Source of the DNA: an uncultured Coriobacteriia bacterium
GTDB taxonomy: Bacteria; Actinomycetota; Coriobacteriia; Anaerosomatales; JAAXUF01
Reading direction: 5' to 3'
Assembly (NCBI GenBank): GCA_963789515.1
Contig: CAWBKW010000003.1
Coordinates: forward strand, 75,653 to 139,652
DNA: 64,000 nt
Shown: in pieces, positions 18,635-28,736 of the stretch
Layout of the letters: every line of letters begins with the position of its first letter
Numbering within the stretch: the stretch's first letter is position 1
Notes under the pieces: generated by a model
The model's input: the letters and a program-made list of their open reading frames with translations, nothing else
Told to the model about the DNA's origin: nothing
The model's database searches: none
Translations under genes and position numbers: made by a program

Positions 18635-19849
18635 CTAGAGCCGCTCCTCGGCCTCATCATCGGTCGGACCCGCCGTCGCTGTGCGCCCACCTAGCAGTAG
18701 CTGGGCCGACGCTGGGAAGATCACCGCTGAGAGCACCCCGGCGAGCACCAGGGCCGACCCTGTCACCGGCCGGATGCGGCCGATCTCCTCGCCGACGGTC
18801 ACGGCGACCACGATGAACGACAGGTTCGTCGCCTGCAGCAGGGCGGCGGCGAGGGTTTCTCGGCGGGTGAGATGAGTGCGGTAGAGCAGTGCCGGCAAAC
18901 CTCGGATGAGCAGGAGCATCACGAACAGGAGCGCGACACGACCGACCGCTGACGGCGAGTCGATCGAGGAGAGGTCGAGCTTCATGCCGCTCGTGATGAA
19001 GAACGCCGGCACGAAGAACCCGAATCCCATGGCCTCGAGCTTGCGCCGGAACGGCCTCTCGAACTTGTCGCCCCGGATGATGATTGCCAGCACGGCTCCC
19101 GCGAGGAAGGTACCCAGGATCGACTCGAAGCCGAACTGGCTCGCCACGACCGCCGAGCCGAGCAGGATCATCACGGCGAATCGCACGCGCACCTGCGATG
19201 AGGTGTCGTCGAGGCGTGACGTCACCGCGCGGCCCGGTTCCCATTTCCATGCCCGCGACAGTCCGGTGAGCAGCAGTACCGCGAGGACGGCGAGCACGGC
19301 CAGGCGCAGCGCCTCGACCATGGACGAGGTCCCTGCTCCTGAATAGAACACGCCGAGCAGGGCGATGGTCGCGAACTCGGCGACGGTGGCGCCGGCCACC
19401 GTGAACCTTCCGGTGGGGGAGTCGAGCTGACCGGTGTCCCGCAGCACCGGGATGATGATGCCGACCGACGTGGCCGCAAGCGCGATCGCGATGAGGAGCG
19501 GTGTCAGAACGATGTTGGCCAGTCCCAGCGGAATCGCGAGCGCAACCGCGATCGCGAACGAGAGGATGAACCCGATCGACCCCAGCTTGAGAGGCGCACC
19601 GCGCAAGGCGCCGAGATCGATCTCCATCCCCGCGAGGAAGAGCAGGAACGCCACGCCGATGGTGGCGATGATCGTGACGACCGGTCCGGGCCGGATCCAT
19701 CCCAGCACTGCCGGGCCGAACACGTAGCCGGCCAGAAGCTCCAGGACGATCGAGGGGATGCGCAATCTCGGGAAGAACCCCAGCGTGAAGGGGACGAGGA
19801 AGGCGATGACGGCCACGCCCAGCAGGTTGAAGAGCGAGATCTTGTCCAC
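18635..19849 (-). CDS. cation:proton antiporter (CPA2 / Kef-type Na+/H+ exchanger family)
   Basis: Polytopic membrane protein with LELLAGYVFGPAVLGW...FLLFLAGMEIDL. Start set at a GTG (VDKISLFN) inside ORF 18635..19987; the start is uncertain. Confidence 0.75.
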   Translation of the reverse strand: MDKISLFNLLGVAVIAFLVPFTLGFFPRLRIPSIVLELLAGYVFGPAVLGWIRPGPVVTIIATIGVAFLLFLAGMEIDLGALRGAPLKLGSIGFILSFAIAVALAIPLGLANIVLTPLLIAIALAATSVGIIIPVLRDTGQLDSPTGRFTVAGATVAEFATIALLGVFYSGAGTSSMVEALRLAVLAVLAVLLLTGLSRAWKWEPGRAVTSRLDDTSSQVRVRFAVMILLGSAVVASQFGFESILGTFLAGAVLAIIIRGDKFERPFRRKLEAMGFGFFVPAFFITSGMKLDLSSIDSPSAVGRVALLFVMLLLIRGLPALLYRTHLTRRETLAAALLQATNLSFIVVAVTVGEEIGRIRPVTGSALVLAGVLSAVIFPASAQLLLGGRTATAGPTDDEAEERL

Positions 19850-20087
19850 CAGCGTGGCCCTCCCGGTGCCAGAGCGCGCCGGATCAGCGCGGGCAGGTTG
19901 GCACCAATCTACCCGAGATCGGCTCTCAGTGGGACGGATCGGTCCGCTACGACGCCCCCTCACCAGCGTTCGGTTGCCGGCGGGCACATACTATGGTGCG
20001 GTGATTGCACAACACCGTGCGTGATAAGGTCTTTGAGGGCCGCCACGCTGCAGCGCGGTCCTTTGTCGTGCCATCCGTGGAGGCGGT

Positions 20088-21299
20088 GTGAGTCGTACGG
20101 TGCGCCAGAGTCTGAAGTTGATAGCGCCGGTACTCGTCTTTGCGGGCGTCTTCTCGGCACTGTGCCTGGGCTCTGCGTGGGCTCTGCCGGCGACGACCTC
20201 TGCCACCATCGAAGCCAAGACCGCACAGCAGAAGGCCGCCCAAGCCGAGCTCGAAGCCAAACAGCTCGAAGTCGACGCCAAAGTCGCCGAGTACATGGCC
20301 ATTGGCCGTCAACTCGAGCGCACGCGCGCGGAGGTTTCGGAACTCGCCACCCAGCTTGCGGCGGGAGAACTCAAGTTGGTCAAGGCGCGCAGCGCGCTCA
20401 CCTCGCGGGCGGTGGAGATCTATCGGGCTCCCCAGATGGGGATCGTCGAGATATTCATCGGCACGAACTCGCTTCAGGATCTCTTCGCACGCGCCCGCTA
20501 CCTCGCCATCATCAGCGATCACGATGCGCGGCTCATGCGCGACTACCGGCTCACGCAGTCGGAGAACCTGTTCCTGCAGCAGGGGCTGGCCGATCGCGAG
20601 ACCAACCTCGCCATGCTCCAGGACCAGGCTGACGACCAGCGCAAACAGATCTTGGCGGATATGGCCGCCCTGGAGGCGCAGACCAGGGTGCTGGGTGCCG
20701 ACGTGACTCGCCTGGTGGCCGAGGCCGCCGCTCCCGCATTGCCCACAGGGGGCACCCCCAGCGGCAAGTTCCAGCGAGAGACCGTCATCTCGCAGAACAA
20801 CTTCCGCGCACCGAACTCCATGAGCGCGGCCGGTATCCAGAAGTTCCTGGAGTCGCAGCCGGGCGCGCTCAAGAGCTATGTCGGTCCCGATCACAACGGG
20901 GTGCGGAAGACCGCTGCCGAGATGATCGCCGACGCGTCGGTCAACTTCAACGTCAGCCCCAAGGTCATCCTCGCGACGCTCCAGAAGGAGCAGTCGCTGC
21001 TGAGCGCGAAGAGCCCGACGCAGAGCCAGTACAACGGCGCCATGGGCGCGGGGATGCCGGACTCGGGGAAGAACAACTCGAGCATGCAGGGGTTCGGCAA
21101 CCAGATCTGGTGGGGCGCCCAGAAGCAGAACAAGAACGCGCTGGACTGGCGTCAGGGTGCGTCCGAAGCGGTCGACGGCACCAAGGTGTACCCGACCAAC
21201 GAGGGCACCTTCGCGCAGTACCGCTACACCCCGCATTTCTCGGGTGTGATGTCGTTCTGGATGATCTACTGGCGCTACTTCGGCGACCCGCTCGCCTAG
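20088..21299 (+). CDS. secreted coiled-coil protein with an unassigned C-terminal domain (possible cell-wall hydrolase)
   Basis: Signal peptide LIAPVLVFAGVFSALCLGSAWA. The coiled coil resembles that of the M23 and NlpC/P60 proteins in this window. The C-terminus has SPKVILATLQKEQSLL...GAMGAGMPD. Confidence 0.6.
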   Translation: MSRTVRQSLKLIAPVLVFAGVFSALCLGSAWALPATTSATIEAKTAQQKAAQAELEAKQLEVDAKVAEYMAIGRQLERTRAEVSELATQLAAGELKLVKARSALTSRAVEIYRAPQMGIVEIFIGTNSLQDLFARARYLAIISDHDARLMRDYRLTQSENLFLQQGLADRETNLAMLQDQADDQRKQILADMAALEAQTRVLGADVTRLVAEAAAPALPTGGTPSGKFQRETVISQNNFRAPNSMSAAGIQKFLESQPGALKSYVGPDHNGVRKTAAEMIADASVNFNVSPKVILATLQKEQSLLSAKSPTQSQYNGAMGAGMPDSGKNNSSMQGFGNQIWWGAQKQNKNALDWRQGASEAVDGTKVYPTNEGTFAQYRYTPHFSGVMSFWMIYWRYFGDPLA

Positions 21300-21323
21300 G
21301 CGCCGCGCTACGTCCCTGGTCGG

Positions 21324-22811
21324 CTAGAGGTACTGCCACACGTCGTCGACGCCGGCCTCGGCTGCCGGAATGCACTCGGCGATCGAGCACAGGGCGGCGC
21401 CGGTCTGCGTGTCCACGAGTCGCAGATCGAGAACCTCGGGCGTCTCGTTCCACCGGCCGCGGGAATCGGCGAGCAGCTTGACGCGCGGGTGCAGCAGGTC
21501 GTCGTTGTTGACGCGGTACACGACGGCCGTCGAACCGTCGTCGAGCGTGACCACGGCCCCCATGGGATAGATGCCGAGCATCGCGACCAGCTGCTTGGTG
21601 ACGCCGGGGTCGTAGGCCTTCTCGCGCCCCTGCATCAGAACGGCGAGCGCCTTGTCGGGCCGGATCTCTCGGCGGAAGGGCCGGTTGGTGGTCATGGCGT
21701 CGTAGGCATCGCACACCGCGACGATCTTGGAGAAGAGGTGCTGCTCGGTGCCGCTGGAGTCGGGATAGCCCATCAGGTCGTGGCGCTGGTGGTGCTCGTA
21801 GGCGACCACCATGGGCATCTTGTCACTGATCTGCAGCCGCTTCAGGAGGTCGGCGCCTTCCTCGGAATGCTGTTTGACGAGCGCCCACTCCTCGGCGGTC
21901 AGCGGGCCGGACTTGAGGAGCACGTCCTCGGGAACGCGCACCTTGCCGATGTCGTAGAGCAGCGCCGCCAGCCCGAGCGAGCGCAGTTCGTCCTGGTCGA
22001 GCCCGAGCGCGGTGCCCAGCGAGATCGACAGGATGCACACGTTGATCGAGTGGTTGAGGGTGTAGTCGTCGTGGCCCTTGATGGCCGTCAGGCCCAGGAC
22101 GGCCGCGGGATCCTGGAGCAGGTTGTCCAGCATCGACTCCACGACGGACTGCAGCCGTCCCACCTCGAGCACGCGCCCGAGTTTGGCCTGCGACTCGATG
22201 TCGCGCATCGCGCCCATGCCGGCGTCGTAGCTCTCGCGAGCGCGGGCCCGGACTTCGCGGTTGTGCTCGTCGTCGCCGCTGCCTTCGAGTGTGGTGGTCT
22301 CGGCGATCGTGATCCCGCGCACGTCACGGGACTGGAGGAACTCGTGGGCGGCGTCGATCCCGGTGACCCCGGAGTCGCCGAGAAGGTCGATCAGCGCCGC
22401 GCCTTCCTCGGCGGTCATCGAGGAGTAGAACGTCACGGCCGAGATCCCGTTGCCGAGCAGCTCGTCGATCAGCTTGCGGTAGGTGACGCTCTCCTCGGGG
22501 AACACCTGGTTCTCGACGAACAGGGTGCCCTTGTAGATGTTGACGGTCACGTCCTCGAATCCGAACGTCGCCAGGGCGCGGACTGCGCTGACAAGCTCGC
22601 CGAGCGACTGCGCGACGAGCGGGTGCGTGATGGGGTAGAGGGCCGCGTTGGTGTCGGCCACAGCCAGGCTCCGGACCAGTTCCCGGGCGCGTTCGAGCTT
22701 CTCGGGCGTGGCGAACGGCGCCTGGACGGCGACGAATTTCAGCTCGGCGCCGAGTTCGTCGGGGCCGGCCAGCGGTCCCTCGTTCTCCGGGCGGTACGGG
22801 GTGTCCGTCAC
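21324..22811 (-). CDS. HD-GYP-family protein with degenerate motifs (YD for HD; HHQRHDLMGYP)
   Basis: HSINVCIL...AALLYDIGKVRVPEDVLLKSGPLTAEEW...AYEHHQRHDLMGYP...VCDAYDAMTTNRPFR. The GTG start overlaps the upstream stop. Confidence 0.8.
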   Translation of the reverse strand: MTDTPYRPENEGPLAGPDELGAELKFVAVQAPFATPEKLERARELVRSLAVADTNAALYPITHPLVAQSLGELVSAVRALATFGFEDVTVNIYKGTLFVENQVFPEESVTYRKLIDELLGNGISAVTFYSSMTAEEGAALIDLLGDSGVTGIDAAHEFLQSRDVRGITIAETTTLEGSGDDEHNREVRARARESYDAGMGAMRDIESQAKLGRVLEVGRLQSVVESMLDNLLQDPAAVLGLTAIKGHDDYTLNHSINVCILSISLGTALGLDQDELRSLGLAALLYDIGKVRVPEDVLLKSGPLTAEEWALVKQHSEEGADLLKRLQISDKMPMVVAYEHHQRHDLMGYPDSSGTEQHLFSKIVAVCDAYDAMTTNRPFRREIRPDKALAVLMQGREKAYDPGVTKQLVAMLGIYPMGAVVTLDDGSTAVVYRVNNDDLLHPRVKLLADSRGRWNETPEVLDLRLVDTQTGAALCSIAECIPAAEAGVDDVWQYL

Positions 22812-24725
22812 GGTGTGTCAGCTCCTTCAGGTCGGTCGGTGGCTCGTATGTGCCTCAGCGCGACGCGCGCCTGCGCACGGAGCTCCCTGCTCTTTCGGCC
22901 CCAAGCGAACGAGCGGTCGGCGGTCCGGTGCAATGCGCGTTCCGCCTCGGGCGTGCCGATACGTTCGAGCGCTCGGATGACTTCCTTCTTCGTCTCGTGC
23001 GTGCGCTGGAGCACGTTGAGGTCCTCGAGCGCGCGCGTGAGCTGGTGTATCGCCGGAGCCGCCCTGACGCGGCCTATCTCGCGCACGGCGAAACGCTGGG
23101 TCTCCGGCTCGGGGTGCCCCAGCGCACGGATCAGCGCGTTGGCCGCCTCGGGCTCGGGCGTCTCGGCAAGCGCACTGATCGCCGCGAAGCGCACGCTCTC
23201 GTCCAGGTGGCCGAGGGCCTGCCCCATCACCGGCACGACCCGCCGGTCGCCCAGCAGCGTGAGCGTGCGCACGATCGCGATCGCATGCGTAGGCTGCTCG
23301 GTGCGAAGCCGGGTGCGCGCGACGCCCAGGACCGGCTCGCTCATGGCGCGCAGCACCGGCCGCAGCAGATCGCGCGTGTGGTCGGCGCCGCGTGATGTAC
23401 GCGTCGAGGAGCACTTCGGCGCCCTTCGGCCCCGCCGCCGCAAGGATCTCGCCCGCGATCGCCGCATCGCCCTCGCTGTCGATGGCCGAGCACATGTAGG
23501 CGAGCGTCTCCGGCTCCGAGAGCGTTGCTTTCGCCGAGGCGACAGCGTCGAGAAGGCCCGGCCACAGAGCCAGTTCGTCGAGGCGCCTGAGTGCCTCACG
23601 AACCTGGGGGAACGCGCCGTCACGGACGGCCTGCGGCAGCGAGTCGCCGATCGCAGACACCGTCTCGGCGTCAGCGTGTTTGCGTGAGACGGCGACCGCG
23701 GTCGCCAGCGCCCGGCTTGCCGACAGCGAGGGTGAGGCCACGGCGACCTGGCGGTTGAGGTCTCCGACGTCATCGGGCTCAGCCATGAGACGCGCGAGTT
23801 CCAGCGCGGGAGGCGGTTCGGTTCCCGAGGCGGCAGCCGCGCCCTGCGACTCGCCGGGGCCCGGGGCGAGCATCTCGGCCAGAAGGTGCGCTGTCTCGGG
23901 CGGGAGTTGCAGCGCGCCTGCGATACGACGCGGGTCGGTGCCCGCTTGCAGGGCAACGAGCTTGAGCAGCCGTGCGAGCGCGGCCGGCTTCATGCTCGCG
24001 ATGATGCCGAGCATGCCCTCCATGCGACGGCCGTTGCTGTCGGCCTTGAGCGAGAGTCCGAGCACGCGCATCCGTGTCGGCTCGTCGAGTCGCATCAGCG
24101 CCGCCGAGACGCGCTCCACCGCGACCTCACGGGTCGCGGCCTCCATCCTCGAGATCGCCGTGGCCACGTCGTCGTCGCCCGGTCCTGTCGCCTGCGCCCA
24201 CCGCTCGGCCGACTTCTCGAGTTCCTGAGCGATGTCGTCGAGCGGTGCCGCCATGAGGTCGACGCCGAGCAGCCCCTCCTCCTCGGAAGCGCGAAGCGAA
24301 ACCTCGACGACGGCGATGTGCGCGACGTGCGACGCGGCGAGCAGAGCGCGGGCTCCGCCGCGGGCGCGGACCGCTGCGGGATCGGCGTTCGCCACCGCGA
24401 CGAAGGCGGCGGCCTCGGGTTCGGTCAGCCCGGGGGCGATCAGGAGCTGGCCGACCTGAAGCGCGTGGAGTGACTTCGCGAGCGCAGCGACCTGGCTGTT
24501 GCCCGCGGCGATCTCGTGCTCGCCTATCTCGAACCCCTCGGAGTTCACGCTGTAGCGTAGGGGGCCCTGCGACCCGACTACCGCGTTGGCACGCGTTGTG
24601 AAGGTGGCGACCGCCTCGGCGGGGAGCGCGGACGCCGCAGGGTAGAGGCGCGCGGCGCCGGCAGCGGTGGCGAGCAGCCGCAGGGCCTCCTCGGCACGGG
24701 GGTACTCTTGTGTCGCGCTCACCAT
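22808..24725 (-). pseudogene. HEAT-repeat (PBS-lyase-like) protein with a large N-terminal region; one frame switch near 23390
   Basis: The N-terminal 470 aa are in ORF 22827..24725. The C-terminus is in ORF 22808..23956 (VRFAAISALAETPEPEAANALIRALGHPEPETQRFAVREIGRVRAAPAIHQLTRALED). Confidence 0.7.
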
Positions 24726-24930
24726 CGCCTCCCCTCAGGGTTCGTCCGCTCCACCTCTATCGGCGTTTCGTCGCCCACGCAACAGTTCGCCGACTTCACG
24801 ATTGTGACACTGGTCACAGGGATTGTGGATTCGTGGTTCACTTATAGCTGTCCTCCACGAGGCGGTTCGACGATACAGGTGGCACCGGCGATGTACGGTA
24901 GCCACGCCGCGTCGAGAAACCGGAGACCGG

Positions 24931-25425
24931 GTGGCACTGCGGACTGAACAGTACTATCGGAAGGTCGCTGAGGAAGCGCTCGCTGCCGTCGGCTGTATCG
25001 AGCCGCCCGTGCCCATCGCCGAGATCGTGGCGTCGCTCTGCATCCCCGTGCGAGAGGTCAACCTCCCCGCCTTCTTCACCGCCGCCACCATCTACGAGGA
25101 CGGGCTGCCGGTCATGGTCGTCAACCACGCGCGGCCCGAGATCGAGTGCCGCCGCGCGCTCGCGCACATGACCGGCCACGTGCTGCTGGCACTCGCCGAC
25201 TCGGCCGACTCCTATCCGCGCGCCGACGGCGATCACCGGGAGGCCGATCTGGTGGCGCGCGACCTGATGATGCCGACGAACATGGTGCTCGAGCAGGCCC
25301 GGACCTGGTTCAACGACTACCGCTATCTCTCCCGGCTGTTCGGCGTGACCGAGGGAACGATGCTCGAGCGCATGCGCGAGCTGGGACTCGTGCGCAACCA
25401 GAACGGCGCGGTCTGGGACTTCTAG
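24931..25425 (+). CDS. ImmA/IrrE-like (DUF955) protein with HMTGH in place of HExxH
   Basis: PPVPIAEIVASLCIPVREV...RRALAHMTGHVLL...EADLVARDLMMP. Start set at GTG 24931 inside ORF 24823..25425; the start is uncertain. Confidence 0.55.
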   Translation: MALRTEQYYRKVAEEALAAVGCIEPPVPIAEIVASLCIPVREVNLPAFFTAATIYEDGLPVMVVNHARPEIECRRALAHMTGHVLLALADSADSYPRADGDHREADLVARDLMMPTNMVLEQARTWFNDYRYLSRLFGVTEGTMLERMRELGLVRNQNGAVWDF

Positions 25426-25558
25426 TGGTGAACGATGATGTGGGCCGCGATGCTTCGCTGCCGTCTGGGAGTGTCCGCGCGCTGGTATAGACTGAGATGA
25501 GCCCGCAGCGCGGGCGTTCAATCACCACACCAGGACTGATTCGGGGGAGGCTTTCACG

Positions 25559-26530
25559 TTGCGCAGCAGCTACGCGGTCGGCGTCGATGTCGGCGGTACT
25601 CGCATCGCGGTGGGACTGGTCGAGCGCAAGGGCCGGGTCGTGAAGGATGCGAAACGCCTCACGCCCAAGACCGGCCCCTTCGCCGTGGTCGACACCATCA
25701 TCGACCTGGTCGAGGAGGTCAGTGCCGGGGCGCACCAATCCGAGATCGCCGGCATCGGCATCGGCGTACCCGCCCAGGTCGACTTCCTGAGGCAGTCGGT
25801 CGAGTTCTGCACCAACCTGCCGCTCGCCGGCGTGGACGTGCGGTCCCTCGTGATGTCGCGCTCCAAGCTCGATGTCACCATCGACAACGACGGGCATATG
25901 GCGGCGCTCGGGGAGTCGCGCTACGGCGCGGCGAAGGGCGCGAAGGACTTCCTGATGATCACCGTCGGCACCGGCGTGGGGGGCGGCATCTTCCTCAACG
26001 GCGCACCGTACCGTGGAAGCCGCGGTCTGGGCGGGGAGATCGGCCACATGGTCGTGAAGCTCGACGGCGATCCCTGCCCGTGCGGCGGAACCGGTCACCT
26101 TGAGGCGTACGTGAGCCGTCCGGCGATAGCCGCACGTGGTCGCCAGGCCGCGGCCCAGTACAGCGGTCGCGAGATCCTCGCTACCGCCGGAGGCAGCCTG
26201 GAGGCGATCACCGCGGAGAGCGTGCTGATCGCAGCCGGTGCCGGCGATGACGCCGCGCGCGAGATACTGCTCGGGTGCGGGGAGACGCTCGGCCGTGCGC
26301 TGGTCGGCCTGGTCAACATCTTCAACCCCAAACTCATCGTCATAGGCGGCGGGATCGGCGAGGTCGCGGACTTCATGGTGGAACGTGCGGCCGAGGTCAT
26401 GCGCAGTGAGGCGCTGGCCGGCCGTCGCGACGTCTCGGTCGTCCAGGCGGTACTCGGCAACGACGCCGGGATTCTGGGTGCGGCGGCACTCGCATTCGAC
26501 GAATACGATGCGCACGAGGGGATGCACTGA
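25559..26530 (+). CDS. ROK-family sugar kinase (glucokinase-like)
   Basis: VGVDVGGTRIAVG, GGEIGHM, CPCGGTGHLEAY zinc motif. TTG start is preceded by GGGGGAGG. Confidence 0.85.
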   Translation: MRSSYAVGVDVGGTRIAVGLVERKGRVVKDAKRLTPKTGPFAVVDTIIDLVEEVSAGAHQSEIAGIGIGVPAQVDFLRQSVEFCTNLPLAGVDVRSLVMSRSKLDVTIDNDGHMAALGESRYGAAKGAKDFLMITVGTGVGGGIFLNGAPYRGSRGLGGEIGHMVVKLDGDPCPCGGTGHLEAYVSRPAIAARGRQAAAQYSGREILATAGGSLEAITAESVLIAAGAGDDAAREILLGCGETLGRALVGLVNIFNPKLIVIGGGIGEVADFMVERAAEVMRSEALAGRRDVSVVQAVLGNDAGILGAAALAFDEYDAHEGMH

Positions 26531-27645
26531 TGAGCGAGAAAGCGGTGGTCTGGTTCGCACCGATGCGCAGCGTCAAGAAGGTCTCGCTGGTCAAGCGAGC
26601 CGGAACGCTGCTCGACAAGGCGGGGCTCGCCGACGCGGTGGGCAAGGACGACCTGGTCGCGGTCAAGCTCCACTTCGGCGAGGAGGGCAATACCGGTTTC
26701 GTGCAGCCCGTCTTCCTGCGGGAGGTCGTGGCGCGCGTCAAGGCGTGCGGCGGCAAGCCGTTCCTCACGGACGCCAACACGCTCTACCGGGGCCAGCGCT
26801 CCAACTCGGTCGACCACCTCGCCTGCGCCATCCACAACGGGTTCGGCTACGCGACGGTCGACGCGCCTCTGGTGATCGCCGACGGGCTTGATGGTCGCGA
26901 GGCCGCCGACGTCGCGATCGAGGGCTTCAGGCACTTCGAGAGCGTGCGGATCGGCTCGGCGGCCGTGCACGCGGATGCCATGGTCGCCGTCACGCACGTC
27001 AAGGGGCATGAGGCCACCGGCTTCGGCGGCGCGATCAAGAACGTCGGCATGGGGCTGGGCTGCCGCAGCGCCAAGCAGCGCATGCACGCGGACTTCACGC
27101 CCGAGGTCACCGCTGAGACGTGCACCGCGTGCGCGCGCTGCGTGAAGTGGTGCCCGGTCAACGCGATCGTCATCAACGAGGATCGCATCGCTCAGGTCGA
27201 CTACGAGACCTGCTACGGCTGCGGCGAGTGCGTCGCGAGCTGCCCGTACGGCGCGATCGCCGTGTGCTGGAAGACGACTCCGGAGGCGCTGCAGGAGAAG
27301 ATCGTCGAACACGTCGCCGGCGCGGTCGCGGGCAAAGAGGGCAAGGTCGTCTACCTCTCCTTCATCACGAACGTCTCGCCGGACTGCGACTGCTGGAACT
27401 TCTCGGACGCGCCCGTTGTCGCCGACATCGGCGTGCTTGCCTCGACCGACATAGTCGCCATCGACCAGGCCGCCTACGACATGGTGGTTGCGGCGACGGG
27501 GCTTCCCGGAGGCCGCGGCGAGAACATGGCCAGCGGCGCCGACAAGTTCGCCGACATCACCGGCGTCGACGGCACCATCGCGATGCGCTACGCCGAGGAG
27601 ATGGGTCTCGGCACGCGTGACTACGAGCTCAGGCAGCTCGACTAG
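26530..27645 (+). CDS. DUF362-family protein with two 4Fe-4S ferredoxin motifs
   Basis: VAVKLHFGEEGNTGFV...FLTDANTLY, plus CTACARCVKWCPVNAI and CYGCGECVASCPYGAI. TGATG overlap with the ROK gene. Confidence 0.8.
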   Translation: MSEKAVVWFAPMRSVKKVSLVKRAGTLLDKAGLADAVGKDDLVAVKLHFGEEGNTGFVQPVFLREVVARVKACGGKPFLTDANTLYRGQRSNSVDHLACAIHNGFGYATVDAPLVIADGLDGREAADVAIEGFRHFESVRIGSAAVHADAMVAVTHVKGHEATGFGGAIKNVGMGLGCRSAKQRMHADFTPEVTAETCTACARCVKWCPVNAIVINEDRIAQVDYETCYGCGECVASCPYGAIAVCWKTTPEALQEKIVEHVAGAVAGKEGKVVYLSFITNVSPDCDCWNFSDAPVVADIGVLASTDIVAIDQAAYDMVVAATGLPGGRGENMASGADKFADITGVDGTIAMRYAEEMGLGTRDYELRQLD

Positions 27646-27667
27646 CCGTCGCTCGGAAAGGGAGCGC

Positions 27668-28736
27668 GTGGAGTACGGGCGGATCCTGCGCGGCGCATGG
27701 ACGATCTCGGCTCGAACCAGGGCGCTGTGGTGGCTCGGAGCCATCGCCGCAGCCCAAGTCGCGGTGTACTCGGTCGTGGTCGCCGGACTCACGGCGCCCC
27801 TGTCGGTGCTGCCGGGGTTCGCCTCGACGATCGCGTCGATCGAGGCGGGCACCTCCTCAGGGCTCGACTCCGCGCGCGCGCAGCCGCTCTTCACCGCCGC
27901 TGAGTGGCTCGGCGCTCACCTCGACGCGGTCGTGATCGGTGCGATCGCGGTGTTCTCGGCGTGGCTGGTGCTCGGCGTGCTCGACGTCGCCGCGCAGGTC
28001 GGGATCGTGACCCAGGTCGACGCCGTCGCCGAGGGCCGCTCGGCCTCGCTGGCCACCGGCCTGCGGGACGGGTTCCGGCTGTGGTGGCGGGCGGTCGCGC
28101 TGCTCGCGCTGGCGGCGCTGCCGACGCTGGTGTACCTGCTCGTGATGGCGCTTGTGGTGCTCTTCGCCGTAACGATCCCGCTCTACCTCGGGCAGCCGCC
28201 TCATGCCGGCGCCGCGCTCGTGTCGAACCTCGTGCTCGCACCGCTGTCCGGCGTCGTTTCGCTCGTCAGCGTGCCGCTCGTCGTCCTCGTCCAGCTCGCG
28301 ATGCGCTTCGCCGTCATCGATGACTCCGCGTGGCGCCCCGCGTTCGGTGCTGCGTGGCGCCTCGCGAAGGCCAACCTCGCCGAGATCGCCGTCACCTATG
28401 TGCTCCTCATGCTTGTCACCCTTCTTGCGGTGGTCGCGTTCGCGGCGGTCGTCGCGGCAGCCGCCGCGGTCGTCGGGGCGCTGCTCCTTGGAATCGGACT
28501 CGCCGTCACCGCCGGAGACACGCTTGCGGCCGGGCGCGCTGCGCTGTGGGGGGCCGGCGGATTCGCCGCGCTCTTGCTCCTTGCGTTTCAGGCTGTCATG
28601 TTCGTATGGCAGTCCTCGGTGTGGACGCTCTTCTGGCGCGACCGGACCGGACGCGGCCCGCGCTCTGATGCCGGCGAGCGTGAACGCGCAGCTTCAGGGA
28701 GGCACCACCGCTCCAACGACCGAAGGGAACCTCTGA
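27668..28736 (+). CDS. polytopic membrane protein, paralogue 1 of a tandem pair. As sequenced it is fused in frame to paralogue 2; the separate stop at 28736 requires one indel.
   Basis: GTG 27668 follows GGAAAGGGAG. ILRGAWTISARTRALWWLG...VWTLFWRDRTG. ORF 28203..28736 ends in a TGA that overlaps ATG 28735. Confidence 0.5.
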
